Shown here: positions 25,175-34,933 of the stretch, one piece after another
Position numbering within the stretch: position 1 is the first letter of the stretch
Layout: each line of letters starts with the position of its first letter
Virus record (IMG/VR): IMGVR_UViG_3300037478_000244
Coordinates: 1-38,112 of that record
Reading direction: 5' to 3' (one strand)
Origin: a virus
Lineage: Duplodnaviria; Caudoviricetes
Length of the DNA stretch: 38,112 nt
Notes under the pieces: generated by a model
Told to the model about the DNA's origin: nothing
Databases searched by the model: none
What the model saw: only the letters and a program-made list of their open reading frames with translations
Translations under genes and position numbers: made by a program

Positions 25175-25768
25175 TCAGCGGGCGACCGACGGGTTGTTCG
25201 TGCGCGGCGCCGACCCGGTGGTGCGGCCAAAGCCGTAGCGCAGCCCGATCAGCGACGTCGCGGTCCCGAGCGCCGTCGACGCGGCACCCACGTACGCCTG
25301 CTTCGCCCGTTCGCCGGCGGCGCGTTCGAGCATCACGCCTTCCTGGCGGGCGATGACGCCGCGCTGGCGCAGATCTTCAGCTTCGACTTTGAAGCCCCAG
25401 GCTTCGCGCGCCGCGTTGGTGCGGATCGTCAGCGCGTCCAGCTCGCCGAGGTACGCCGCGTCGGCCTGCACGTCGAGCGACGATCCGAAGCTGACGTCGA
25501 CGTTGCTGGCCGCGAACCCGGCGCGCTGCGCGGCGATGATGCCCTTGACGCCCTGGCGGAAGCGGGCCTCCTCTTCGGCGCCGCGGGTGATCGCATCGGC
25601 CGCCTGCAGGTCGGCGACGTTCGCGTTCCAGTCAGCCAGGTCCGCTTGGGCCTCCGCGGCCGCGCGCTGAGCCTCGCCGGCTTTCTTCTCAGCTTTCCCA
25701 CCCCGGACTTGGTTGAAGATCCCCAGGCCCGCCGAGACGCCGAGCGCGATCGCCGTGAACGCCGCCAT
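25175..25768 (-). CDS. Internal virion (ejection) protein, T7 gp14-like
   Basis: Hydrophobic N-terminus, Ala-rich, QRAGFAASNVDVSFGS.LD motif typical of these proteins. Confidence 0.8.
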   Translation of the reverse strand: MAAFTAIALGVSAGLGIFNQVRGGKAEKKAGEAQRAAAEAQADLADWNANVADLQAADAITRGAEEEARFRQGVKGIIAAQRAGFAASNVDVSFGSSLDVQADAAYLGELDALTIRTNAAREAWGFKVEAEDLRQRGVIARQEGVMLERAAGERAKQAYVGAASTALGTATSLIGLRYGFGRTTGSAPRTNNPSVAR

Positions 25769-25769
25769 G

Positions 25770-26108
25770 TCAGTGCCCTCCTCGATCGCGCCGTTCCTTC
25801 TGGCGCTCTTCGCGGATCTGCCGATCGCGATCGCTCTCGTAGCGCGGCCACCCCTCGATGTCCATGCGGCGATGCAGCGACACGATCAGCGCGTTCATCT
25901 CGCGGTTGGTGGCCGAGTTCTCCACGTGCGCCGCGGTCGACTCTTTCAGCGCGGTCGTCAGCATCGCCGCGGTTTCTTTCCACAGCTCGGTGTACGAGCG
26001 CACGTCGCGCCGGTAGAAGTAGAACAGCAGGCCGGCGATCGCGCCACCCACGCCGAGCGACGCCAGGAACTTGATGAACTCGTTGTCGAACACGACACCA
26101 CCATCCAT
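25770..26108 (-). CDS. Single-TM membrane protein, BhlA-like holin candidate
   Basis: FLASLGVGGAIAGLLFYFYRRD followed by a coiled coil. Confidence 0.6.
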   Translation of the reverse strand: MDGGVVFDNEFIKFLASLGVGGAIAGLLFYFYRRDVRSYTELWKETAAMLTTALKESTAAHVENSATNREMNALIVSLHRRMDIEGWPRYESDRDRQIREERQKERRDRGGH

Positions 26109-26124
26109 CTTCTGCGCACCTCGC

Positions 26125-28344
26125 TCACCCACCCACTTCGGCAAGCGGAAGCACGCCGAGAACCGTCAGGGGGAGGGCCTGATCTTGTCTGATAAAGACG
26201 CGCATGGGTTTCTCCCATCGCGCCTTGAGGTTCCACTCGATGATGCCGCTGTACTCGTCGCCCACGGCATCGAACTGCGAACGGGCCACCGGGGTGAGCT
26301 GTGCAATGGACGGGCCGATCTTGAACGTCGTGTTGCTGCGGTCGACGACGAGACTCGCCCCCTGCGGTCGCTTCACTTTATCCCGGAGCGACGTACCGGG
26401 AGAGTCGACGTCGAGCGTCTCGATCTCGGCCACGATCGGCACGCCGACGTGGACGTTGGTCGCCTGGACGCCGAACGACACCTCGCCGGCGCTCACCGTG
26501 CGGCGGCCGACGTAACTGCCGTCAGCCACGACGTCGACTTCGCGGCCTTCGAGGTGGTCCAGGCCCGAGACGCTGGAGACCGCGGCGCCGCTGTAGCTCA
26601 GCCCGCTGTCGACGAAGAACGCATCGGTGTCGAACGCCGCCGGCAGGAACGCGCGCGGTTCGATCCGCTCGATGTAGCGCTTCGACCCGCCGCCGATCGT
26701 GCGTCGCACGATGACGTACACCGCGTCCTGGCCGGGCTCGGGGATCACGCAGACGTCTTCGAAGTCATCGCCGCCGTCGGTGTCGTGACGATGCCAACCC
26801 ATGATCTGCTGCTCTTTCAGGTACGTCAGCCCGAGCAGCCCGCCGTCGCTGCGCACGCACCACAACGTCGAGTCGGGCGTCTGCGCGTAGTCGGCTGAGA
26901 CAAACGTGAACCCGTCGAACAGGTGCGACGCGAAGATCGTCAGGTCTTTCCCGGCCAGGCCCTCGACCTGCTGGCTGAACTCCAGGTCGCGGAAGATCGA
27001 GTCGCGCGCCTGCAGGTAGAGCACCGAGTTCCCGACGACGACGGGACGCACCGCCTGCGAGATCCCGACGTAGGTCTCCTGGTCGAGCGGCAGGTTGCTC
27101 GGCGTGAGCGGGACGCCGGGCGCGGTCGTCAGCCGCCACTCGCCGCCGTCGGTCATCAGCAGCAGGTTCTTCAGCGCAACAATGTGCCGCACCGCGTGAT
27201 CGTTGTTGCCGGCGATGCGGAACGTGAGCGGATCATCGTCCTGCAGCGGTGAGCTGACGTTGTAGTTGTCCGGGAACCCGACGCGCGACGCATAGACGGC
27301 ATCAGGGATCGCGCGCGTGTTGGCCAGGAACCGGCGCTGCTGGTAGTACGCCACTGCGCTCGGGCGCTCGTCGGTCGTCGCGAAGAGCGTGCGCGCGCCC
27401 GCCGGCGTGATCGAATAGTCAGGCACCAGGCCGATGTCGCGGAAGACGCTCGCGCCGGTCACCGTGCCGATGAAGCCGTACGTCCCGTTGCCGGCGTCGT
27501 CTTTGTAGACGTAGTACTCGGGGCTCGGGTCACCGGTCACCGGTGGCGTGAGCACGTCGGCCCAGTCGATGACGTGCGGCGCCGCGGGGGTGGCCGGGTT
27601 CGCGTTGTTCTCCACGACCTGGGCCGACGGCAGCGACTCCTCGAAGCTGTCCGGGTGCGCGGCCGTGACCACGTAGCCGACCCGCAGCCCGCCGCCCGTG
27701 CCGCCCGGGGTCAGCACGACCATCTGCGGCGCCGCGACCTTCGGCGCGGTCGCGAGCTTGACGATCGCCCACCGCGTCAGATCCTGGAACACCAGATCGT
27801 GGACGTCGAAGTCGGGATGCACGAACGTGAGAATGCGGCCGCTCTGCGCGTAGTTCACCGTCTTCGGACTGGTGAACGGGTGCGGCACCTCCAGGATCGA
27901 GCCCGGCATCGCGTACCAGAACATCGCGTTCGGCGGCTGCTGGTTGGTGTGCGCGGCGATGCAGTAGTAGTTGACGCCGCCCTCGACGACGATGTCGCCG
28001 ATCTCGTACGCCGTCGCCATGTTCCAGGCCGCGACGCCCACGAGCGTGATCAGCGCCCCGCCCTGGTAGAAGCGGAAGTACCCGATGCCCATCTCGATCA
28101 GGATCGACTCTGCTGGCTCTTCGTGCGTGTAGCGGATCAGCCGCACGTGGAAGCTCGTCGTCTTCGCTTCGTTCGCGAACCGGGTGCCCGATCGGTTCGA
28201 CACGCCGCCGTGCCGATGGACGACGAAGTTGCGGCACGTGCGCAGGCCGATCTGGTACTGCGCCAGGTCCGCACGCGCGGCCAGCGTGGGCGCCAGCTCA
28301 CCGCCGGCGAAGGAGCGGATGAAGATCGTTTCGGGCGCCGCCAT
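26125..28344 (-). CDS. Tail tubular protein B (nozzle)
   Basis: SFAGGELAP.L.AR.DL..Y..G...CRNF.V..HGG..NRSGT.F start, PSAVAYYQQR, WHRHDT, FVDSGL motifs. Confidence 0.9.
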   Translation of the reverse strand: MAAPETIFIRSFAGGELAPTLAARADLAQYQIGLRTCRNFVVHRHGGVSNRSGTRFANEAKTTSFHVRLIRYTHEEPAESILIEMGIGYFRFYQGGALITLVGVAAWNMATAYEIGDIVVEGGVNYYCIAAHTNQQPPNAMFWYAMPGSILEVPHPFTSPKTVNYAQSGRILTFVHPDFDVHDLVFQDLTRWAIVKLATAPKVAAPQMVVLTPGGTGGGLRVGYVVTAAHPDSFEESLPSAQVVENNANPATPAAPHVIDWADVLTPPVTGDPSPEYYVYKDDAGNGTYGFIGTVTGASVFRDIGLVPDYSITPAGARTLFATTDERPSAVAYYQQRRFLANTRAIPDAVYASRVGFPDNYNVSSPLQDDDPLTFRIAGNNDHAVRHIVALKNLLLMTDGGEWRLTTAPGVPLTPSNLPLDQETYVGISQAVRPVVVGNSVLYLQARDSIFRDLEFSQQVEGLAGKDLTIFASHLFDGFTFVSADYAQTPDSTLWCVRSDGGLLGLTYLKEQQIMGWHRHDTDGGDDFEDVCVIPEPGQDAVYVIVRRTIGGGSKRYIERIEPRAFLPAAFDTDAFFVDSGLSYSGAAVSSVSGLDHLEGREVDVVADGSYVGRRTVSAGEVSFGVQATNVHVGVPIVAEIETLDVDSPGTSLRDKVKRPQGASLVVDRSNTTFKIGPSIAQLTPVARSQFDAVGDEYSGIIEWNLKARWEKPMRVFIRQDQALPLTVLGVLPLAEVGG

Positions 28345-31300
28345 CTAGCGCCCTCGGATCCAGTCGGGATCGAGCTGCGGCGGTTCCTGCTGCTGCGCGC
28401 GCGCGTTCATCGTCCGGGCGCGCTCGACGGTCTGCGCGAACATCGTCCAGCAGTCGGCCGCGGTCATTTTATTGCGCGACAACCCGGGCGCCAGCTTCGA
28501 GGCGAGCAGCCAGGCGAACGCGAGCTTGAACAGATCATCGCCGGCGGTGGCGACGCAGGTCGATCGATACGTGTACTCAAGCTGCACGCGCACCGGGGCG
28601 GCGAGTGTCGGGGTGTACGTCGGGTCGGTGTAGTTCGACACGAGGCGCCGACCGGCCGTGTCCGGGCCGTGCAGGCGGAACGGCGGCGGATCGGGATCGG
28701 CGCGACGGCCGTACTCCGGTCGCACCAGGCGCCGCGGGAACACCATATCGCTCGGCGCGCGCCACGAGTACCGCCAGTCCTGGTTGAACGGCACCGTCTC
28801 GGTTCCTGACAGCCACTGCAGGTCGGCGTACTTCGTCGCGAAGTCCCAGGGGAACTCGCGCAGCGCTTCGTTGGCCGTGTCGGCGTAGAACAACCGGCAG
28901 CCGTACGCCTGCGGCGTGTTGTCGGTGACGATGTCCACGATCGGCTCGGTGATCCCGATGAACGCGAGCGCCTGCTGGCAGATCTTCTGCGACTCGGTCG
29001 GACACTGCTCGAAGTCGCCCCCGCCTGGTCCAGGCGGCTCCGGCCCGCCAGGACCGCCTGGCCCTGGCTCGGGTGGCTCGACAGGCTCGGGCGGCAGCTC
29101 GGGACCGGGCGGCGTCGGCCACTCGGGCGGCGGGATCGGGGTGACCGGCTGGTGCTCACAGTTCACCGACCAGCCGCCGTTGCCGGCCGTGTCGCAGCCG
29201 ACGATGACGAAGTAGTCGAACTGGATGCCGTTCGTGTTGAGCGCCGACCCGACGGTGAACGTGTCGATCCCGCCGGCGGTGATCCCGGTCGCCGCGTTCG
29301 AGGTGCCCGGGTTGACCTGCGTCGACGTCGTGCCGGTGTGACTCGGGTCGCGCTGGAAGCCGGCGCCGTTGTGCGGCTGCACGTAGACGAAGATCGGCCG
29401 CTTGCCGCCGGTGCCGAACGTGATCGTGCGCGAGGCGCTGCCGTCGCCGGTGTACGTCCCGATGCGCACGACGCGCTCGATGCCCGGGTCGGCTGAGCCG
29501 TCGTTCATGCGGAACGCGCAGAAGTGCGACTCCTCGCCAGCGTGGTGGTACGCGCTCTTCGTCGTGATCGATCCCTGCGCGACGCTCACCGCGGCCGCGA
29601 TCTTCGTCAGGTTGACCGGCGAGATCTCTTCGGCGCCGTGCCCGATGCCTTTGAAGTAGTGGTTGATCGTCGCGGCGCCGCTGCGCGTGAACCGATGGCC
29701 CCACAAGACCTGCGGCAGGAACGTCGGCACCCACAGCGACGTGACCTGGTCGACCGTGCCCTTGTGCAGCCGATCGTGGAACGACAGGCAGAACCGCATG
29801 CCCGGGTCCATGAACGCGATGTACTGGTAGTCGACGCCGGCGGCGTTGCTCGATGCATCGCTGCCCACGATGCGCGCGACGAACTCGCCAAAGAACCCGT
29901 CAACGGGGTTCGGCGGATCGAACGGCACCCACGACGGCACGAGCCACGCCTCGGGGTCGTAGGGCTGCTGCATCCCCTTCGTCGGCGAGTACATGCCCGA
30001 GAACCAGTGCGCGCCGTTGTCGTGGTTGCTGACGCGACGGACCCACAGCCAGGACACCGGGGCGTTGAAACGCAGTTCCAGCGACGTGGCGTTGCCCGTG
30101 TAGATCCCGCTCTTGATGATGACCGGGCTGATCGGGGCGGCGCCGTGCCGCGACCACGGCGAGTCGAGCATGAAGTGGTTGTGGAGCCCCGTCGGCGGAT
30201 CGGGTGGCGTGATCGGGATGCCGGCCTCGGGGATGATGTCCTCTTCGCTGAAGACGCCGAGCATGACCGCGGTCGCCTGCAGCGACTGCACGTTCGCATT
30301 GGTGCCGACGTTGGCCTTCGTGTACCGGGCGAGCAGACCCGTGAGCTGCTCCGGCTGCGTCAGCGCGCTCGGCAGGTAGCCTGCGATCTTCCACGCCAGC
30401 GACACTCCGTCATTCAGCACCAGGTCGACCATCGCGGCGCCGTTGATGCTGTAGCTCAGCGTGCCGTCGTCCGGGTCCGCGGTGACCGAGCTGAAGACCC
30501 CGAAGACGATCGCGATGACGCCGCCGTTGATCGCGTGCGGATCTTTGGCGACCTTCTCCCAGTCGAGTGCGGCTTCAAGCTGACTGAGCGCCGTCGTCGA
30601 CTGATGCGTCGTGCCCGGCGTGAGCGCGTTGATCGCCGGGAGCTGGCGCAGCTCGTCGATGTCCCCCGGCCAGGCGACCGCGTCGTGCCCGGGCCCGTAG
30701 GCGATCGGGTCGAGGCGCACGAGCTTCGAGCCGTTGAGGAAGTCGAGCCCCTGGAACGTCCCCGGATAGTCGGCGCAGGTCCAGTCGTCGAAGTGCGCCG
30801 AGACGATCGGACTCGTGACGCCCGGGTTGCCGAGATCCGAGTTCCGCAGGAACCCGGCGCCGCCCAGGCCGTTCGAGGGGAAGCCGGTAATGGTGACCTG
30901 GTGGACCCCGTTGATGAACAGCCGCAGCTCGCTGCCGGCGCCGCTCTTCACGAACACATCGAACTTCCACCACTTGTCGACGGTCGGCGTGGTCACCGTC
31001 GCGACGGCCATCTGCGTCCGCACGTTGGACAGGTCGACGTTGTAGATGCCGATCTGCCCCGACGGGAGCTGCGCGAGCGCGACGCCCTGCGAGGACGACA
31101 CCGTGAGATGGATGCGCCAGAACTCGTACACGTCGCTCGGCAACACGCGCGGGCGCATGTAGAACCGCTGCCAGACTTCCGTCGGCATGATGCCGGTCTG
31201 GATCTCGTCGGTCGCGTGCGTCTTGACGCTGCCGCCGGCCGGGTTCGTGCAGATCAACCCGAGCCCGCCCGGATGGCGCGATGCCTCGGCGCTGACGTTG

Positions 31301-31818
31301 TCGGCGAATGCCCCCGTGCTGCCGCCGGCGCCCGCGGTCGGCACCTCGAAGCCGTCGGCGAACATGAGCTTCTGGATCGGCGGCGCCCCCGGGCCGACGG
31401 GCACCCCGCCTTCGGTCGGCTCGACCGGCGTGTACACGTAGCGCCCGCGCCAGGTGATCTGCACCTCGAAGGTCAGCACCACATTCCAGAACGTCGCGCC
31501 GATGGGCAGCGTCAGCTCGTCCTGGTCGAGCGGCGGGAACGTCTGCGCGAGATCGGTGATCCAGGGCGAGGCGATGTACGGCGCCAGCGGCTTCTGCGTG
31601 CCGACGGGCACGATCGTCGCGCCAAACTCGATGGCCGCGCGCTGCGGCGAGGCGAAGAGCGATCCCGCGAACGGTGGCGACCCGAGGGGGAGCGTTGGAA
31701 ACGAGACCAGGTCGCCGTTCAGATCATTGCGGGGAACATTAACGCGGCCAGCCTCGGCCTGGAGCTGCGCCACGAGAGCCTTGTCGCTGAGATGGATCTC
31801 GTAGTCGATAAAGGGCAT
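28345..31818 (-). CDS. Tail tubular protein A (adaptor) fused to a ~930-aa N-terminal beta-rich extension
   Basis: C-terminal ICQQALAFIG...CRLFY...LREFPWDFATK...F..AFAWLLASKLAP is the gp11-like adaptor; Pro-rich linker precedes it. Confidence 0.8.
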   Translation of the reverse strand: MPFIDYEIHLSDKALVAQLQAEAGRVNVPRNDLNGDLVSFPTLPLGSPPFAGSLFASPQRAAIEFGATIVPVGTQKPLAPYIASPWITDLAQTFPPLDQDELTLPIGATFWNVVLTFEVQITWRGRYVYTPVEPTEGGVPVGPGAPPIQKLMFADGFEVPTAGAGGSTGAFADNVSAEASRHPGGLGLICTNPAGGSVKTHATDEIQTGIMPTEVWQRFYMRPRVLPSDVYEFWRIHLTVSSSQGVALAQLPSGQIGIYNVDLSNVRTQMAVATVTTPTVDKWWKFDVFVKSGAGSELRLFINGVHQVTITGFPSNGLGGAGFLRNSDLGNPGVTSPIVSAHFDDWTCADYPGTFQGLDFLNGSKLVRLDPIAYGPGHDAVAWPGDIDELRQLPAINALTPGTTHQSTTALSQLEAALDWEKVAKDPHAINGGVIAIVFGVFSSVTADPDDGTLSYSINGAAMVDLVLNDGVSLAWKIAGYLPSALTQPEQLTGLLARYTKANVGTNANVQSLQATAVMLGVFSEEDIIPEAGIPITPPDPPTGLHNHFMLDSPWSRHGAAPISPVIIKSGIYTGNATSLELRFNAPVSWLWVRRVSNHDNGAHWFSGMYSPTKGMQQPYDPEAWLVPSWVPFDPPNPVDGFFGEFVARIVGSDASSNAAGVDYQYIAFMDPGMRFCLSFHDRLHKGTVDQVTSLWVPTFLPQVLWGHRFTRSGAATINHYFKGIGHGAEEISPVNLTKIAAAVSVAQGSITTKSAYHHAGEESHFCAFRMNDGSADPGIERVVRIGTYTGDGSASRTITFGTGGKRPIFVYVQPHNGAGFQRDPSHTGTTSTQVNPGTSNAATGITAGGIDTFTVGSALNTNGIQFDYFVIVGCDTAGNGGWSVNCEHQPVTPIPPPEWPTPPGPELPPEPVEPPEPGPGGPGGPEPPGPGGGDFEQCPTESQKICQQALAFIGITEPIVDIVTDNTPQAYGCRLFYADTANEALREFPWDFATKYADLQWLSGTETVPFNQDWRYSWRAPSDMVFPRRLVRPEYGRRADPDPPPFRLHGPDTAGRRLVSNYTDPTYTPTLAAPVRVQLEYTYRSTCVATAGDDLFKLAFAWLLASKLAPGLSRNKMTAADCWTMFAQTVERARTMNARAQQQEPPQLDPDWIRGR

Positions 31819-31882
31819 GGGCGCTCACTCCTCGAAGCGCGAAGGCCCGGCGCGCAGACCGGACCCTCACACCGCTGCCGCG

Positions 31883-32245
31883 TTACTGCGTGACCTGGTC
31901 GTCGTCGTCGTCCTCGTCCGGGTGCGGGTTTCGCGTCGCTGTCCCCCCGAGGATGCGATCGTGCTCGCGATCGAGCGCTTCCTGCGCGCCGGTCTCTTTC
32001 AACGGCGTGCCTCTTCCCACCACCTCCATCCAGCGGTGGCTGAACTCCGCGCGGGTCTTGATGAAGAACACGTCGCCCGCGCGGCGGCGCTTCAGGTCAT
32101 AGAACCCCATCTGCGTCGCGCGCACTCTGATGCGCCCGGTCTCTGCTGGTTCGGTCACCGCGCGCCCGGCGGCCGCGGCAGTCCGCTGTGTGCGCTGTGC
32201 GCCCGGCGACCTGGGCGTCTTCTTGCCTGCTGTGGTCTTGGCCAT
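31883..32245 (-). CDS. Hypothetical virion-associated protein
   Basis: GAGG RBS; IRVRA...GFY...RR.GDVF motif; position after the capsid genes. Confidence 0.75.
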   Translation of the reverse strand: MAKTTAGKKTPRSPGAQRTQRTAAAAGRAVTEPAETGRIRVRATQMGFYDLKRRRAGDVFFIKTRAEFSHRWMEVVGRGTPLKETGAQEALDREHDRILGGTATRNPHPDEDDDDDQVTQ

Positions 32246-32256
32246 TGTGCCCTCGT

Positions 32257-32294
32257 GAGAAAAGCCAGGGCGCGGGGTTGAGGCGCGCCCTGGC
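32257..32294 (-). terminator. Rho-independent terminator after the capsid/cement genes
   Basis: 11-bp stem GCCAGGGCGCG/CGCGCCCTGGC followed by TTTTCTC. Confidence 0.65.
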
Positions 32295-32314
32295 GACGGT
32301 CAGCCTGTCGTGTG

Positions 32315-32743
32315 TTAGACGACGAAGCCCTTCGCGTACGCGAGCGCCTGGATCGAGAACAGCGACTGCGCCGTGAGCCACGCGGTGCCGGAGATCGTGC
32401 CGCCGGCCGTCGCGGTGCGGATGCCGACGAAGCGCTGACGCGGTCGTCCCGGCGGGAACGCGACGAAGATCGAGAAGCCGGCGACCGCATCGGCGAGCGG
32501 AATGCTCACCGACGCTTCGACGAGGATGCCCGCGGTGAGCGCCGCGTCGGTCGCGGAGATCACTTCGAGCGTGGTGGCCGCGACCGTGGCCGCGGTCGTG
32601 ACGACGAACCCGAAGCCGAGCGGCTCACCGGTGCCGACCTGCCGCTTCGGGGTGACGTTGCCGAGATCGACCGAGTCGGCCGACACGGCGCCGGCGCCAA
32701 ACGCTTGCGCGTTGGACACGCGGCCGAATGCGTCGAGATACAT
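32315..32743 (-). CDS. Capsid cement/decoration protein (Bbp16-like)
   Basis: MYLDA...SNAQA...S.DSVDLG......G.GEPL motif; directly after the major capsid gene. Confidence 0.85.
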   Translation of the reverse strand: MYLDAFGRVSNAQAFGAGAVSADSVDLGNVTPKRQVGTGEPLGFGFVVTTAATVAATTLEVISATDAALTAGILVEASVSIPLADAVAGFSIFVAFPPGRPRQRFVGIRTATAGGTISGTAWLTAQSLFSIQALAYAKGFVV

Positions 32744-32779
32744 GAGCGTCTCCTCTGAAAGAAACCGAACCCTGGAACC

Positions 32780-33871
32780 CTACGGGATGAGCGCTTCGGT
32801 GTTGAGGATCGCATCGACGATCCGCACCGGCGTCATTCCGAACATCAGGACGCGCTTGCCTTCGACGTTCTCGTACGTGAGCCCGCCGCCGGCCGTCACA
32901 TCCGTGCGGAACTGCTTGCGCAGGAAGCGGCGCACGCGGCGGTTCATGTAGAACACGCGGCGCCCGAGTTCGTTCGGGATCGTCTCTTCGGCTTGCTCCA
33001 TCATGTCGATCAGGTCGGGCGGCATCGCCCCGGCCAGCTCGCTGACGTCGATGTTGCCGATCCGCACCGCGTAGCGGTAGTCCTTCACCGCCAGGCCCGC
33101 CTTCCACTGCCAGCGCTCCTGGAATGCGCGCATGCGGTTGCCGCCGACACCCGCGGTCGTCTCGACCGTGGTCTCGCCGTAGTCGTCATGCTGCAGGCCC
33201 GCCGCGCTGCCCTTCGGGAAGATGCCGCAGATCGTCTCCTCATCCCATGCCACGAGCCAGATCGACGTGTTGTCCGCACCCGCACCGCCGGCCTTGATGA
33301 CGTTGTCGGCGAGCGCGCCGGTCGCGACGTTGTAGCGCGGGGTCAGGCCGGTGAACTCCTCCGGCGCCAGACCCGCGTTGCCGTAGAACAGCGTCGACGC
33401 CATCTCCTGGTTCATCGCTTCCAGGAACGCCTTCGCCTCCGACAGGCGGAACGATCCCTCCGAGCCGTTCAGCTTCGCGAGATCGACGTCGACTTCCGAC
33501 CAGGCTTCGAGGATGCCGGCCTGCTCGTCGATCTGCGCCGTCGTCGACTTGCTCGGCGTGATGCCCTGGTTGAGTAGACGCCAGGCGGCCGCCGGCAGCG
33601 CCGTGCGCACCGTCGTGCGGTGGCCGGTCGGCAGGTTGCCTTCCTTCCACAGCATGTCGGTGAGGATCGTGTTCGTTTGCATGAGCAGCTCGACGATCCG
33701 CGCGATCTTGCCGTCGGGGTCGAGCCGCTTGGCCCAGTCGGCGAGCGTCAGGGCGTTCACCGACAGCGCCGCCGCGAGCGTGATCTCGCCGCGCGACCCG
33801 ACGAGCGCCTGCTCGACGGTGAACGCCACGAGCGCCACGAGGACGCAGTAGATCAAACGGAAGTACTTCAT
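32780..33871 (-). CDS. Major capsid protein (BPP-1 Bbp17-like) with hydrophobic N-terminal leader
   Basis: LTLADWAKRLDPDGKI..IVELL.QTN.IL.DM...EGN.PTGHRTTVRT.LP, DNTSIWLV.W, GIFPKGS.AGL; ATG 33871 with GGAG RBS. Confidence 0.92.
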   Translation of the reverse strand: MKYFRLIYCVLVALVAFTVEQALVGSRGEITLAAALSVNALTLADWAKRLDPDGKIARIVELLMQTNTILTDMLWKEGNLPTGHRTTVRTALPAAAWRLLNQGITPSKSTTAQIDEQAGILEAWSEVDVDLAKLNGSEGSFRLSEAKAFLEAMNQEMASTLFYGNAGLAPEEFTGLTPRYNVATGALADNVIKAGGAGADNTSIWLVAWDEETICGIFPKGSAAGLQHDDYGETTVETTAGVGGNRMRAFQERWQWKAGLAVKDYRYAVRIGNIDVSELAGAMPPDLIDMMEQAEETIPNELGRRVFYMNRRVRRFLRKQFRTDVTAGGGLTYENVEGKRVLMFGMTPVRIVDAILNTEALIP

Positions 33872-33906
33872 CGGTCCAGACTCCGCTTCTGGTGCGCGAG
33901 CCCCGA

Positions 33907-34539
33907 TCACTTCTTGCCGTACAGCACTTCAGCGGTCGACTTCTCTTCGCGACCGCCGCCTTTGCCGCCGGCGTCGGGTTTGTCCTCGCGGACCTGCTTG
34001 CCGAGCCGCGCGAACGCGCGGATCAGCGCTTTGTGGTTGCCGTAGCGACTGGTTTCTAGCAGCGACATGATGGCGTCCGCTTCTTCGCGCGGGCTGCCCT
34101 TCAGAAACGCTTCCAGACCCTTGTGCGCCAGACCCAGGGTGTCCTCGTACTTCGCACCGCCGATCTCGCGATCGGCCTTGGCCTCTTTCGTGAACTGCTC
34201 ACCGATCGCATCCAGCGCCGACTGCTCGTCGTCGAGGATGCCCTGGAGCTGTTCATTCGAGAACCCGAGCTTCTTCCCCCGCTCTTCATGGCGGGCGATG
34301 TACTCGTCGCTGAACAGTGCGTCGTCCGGGCGCTTCAGCTCGTACTTGTCGGGAGCCTTCGGTTTCGCATCTGCGTCCCCGGCCTTGCTCCCTTTGTCTT
34401 TGCCCTCGTCGCCGGACTTGTCGTCTTTCGTGTCGTCCTTCTTCGCATCGTCCTTCGCCGCGTCGTCGGTCTTGCCGAGCGCGGTTTTCTTGTCGTCGGA
34501 GTTCGGTTGACCCTGATCCGACTTCTTGTCGTCAGCCAT
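33907..34539 (-). CDS. Capsid scaffolding protein
   Basis: Acidic/Lys-rich N-terminus, APDKYEL, GNH.ALIRAFARLGK..ED, AEVLYG C-terminus; upstream of the capsid gene. Confidence 0.8.
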   Translation of the reverse strand: MADDKKSDQGQPNSDDKKTALGKTDDAAKDDAKKDDTKDDKSGDEGKDKGSKAGDADAKPKAPDKYELKRPDDALFSDEYIARHEERGKKLGFSNEQLQGILDDEQSALDAIGEQFTKEAKADREIGGAKYEDTLGLAHKGLEAFLKGSPREEADAIMSLLETSRYGNHKALIRAFARLGKQVREDKPDAGGKGGGREEKSTAEVLYGKK

Positions 34540-34930
34540 TGGTCGTTCCTTCCTGCGTGTCGGCGCGGGCGGTGTGGCTCGCGTCGATCTCTCCCTGCTC
34601 GGTGGCTTCGCGGGCCCGTGCTTCCCGCTCCATCAGCAGGTACTCGTCCGGGCAGGTCGTCACGAGCTGCGCGATCAGCTCGCGGCCGACGTCACTGCGC
34701 CCGATATTGAAGTACGTCCGCGACCCGTTGTTGTCGAACGGGCTCGCGTAGACGCCGCAGTCGCCGATGTGCTCCCACATGAACTCGCGGCCGGCGTACG
34801 TCTTCATCACCGCGGTCAGCGCCGCGCCTTTGCGCTGCAGCCGGCGCCGTTCGAGGCGAGCGGCGTGCTTGACCTGTTGCGGGTCCGCGGCGTTGCGCAC
34901 CGCGGCGTGTTGCTGTCCCGTCGGCTTCAT
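34532..34930 (-). CDS. Bbp19-like protein
   Basis: VM.T..GR.F.W.....CGV....F.......FN.G...VG..L pattern between portal and scaffold. Confidence 0.75.
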   Translation of the reverse strand: MKPTGQQHAAVRNAADPQQVKHAARLERRRLQRKGAALTAVMKTYAGREFMWEHIGDCGVYASPFDNNGSRTYFNIGRSDVGRELIAQLVTTCPDEYLLMEREARAREATEQGEIDASHTARADTQEGTTNG

Positions 34931-34933
34931 CAG

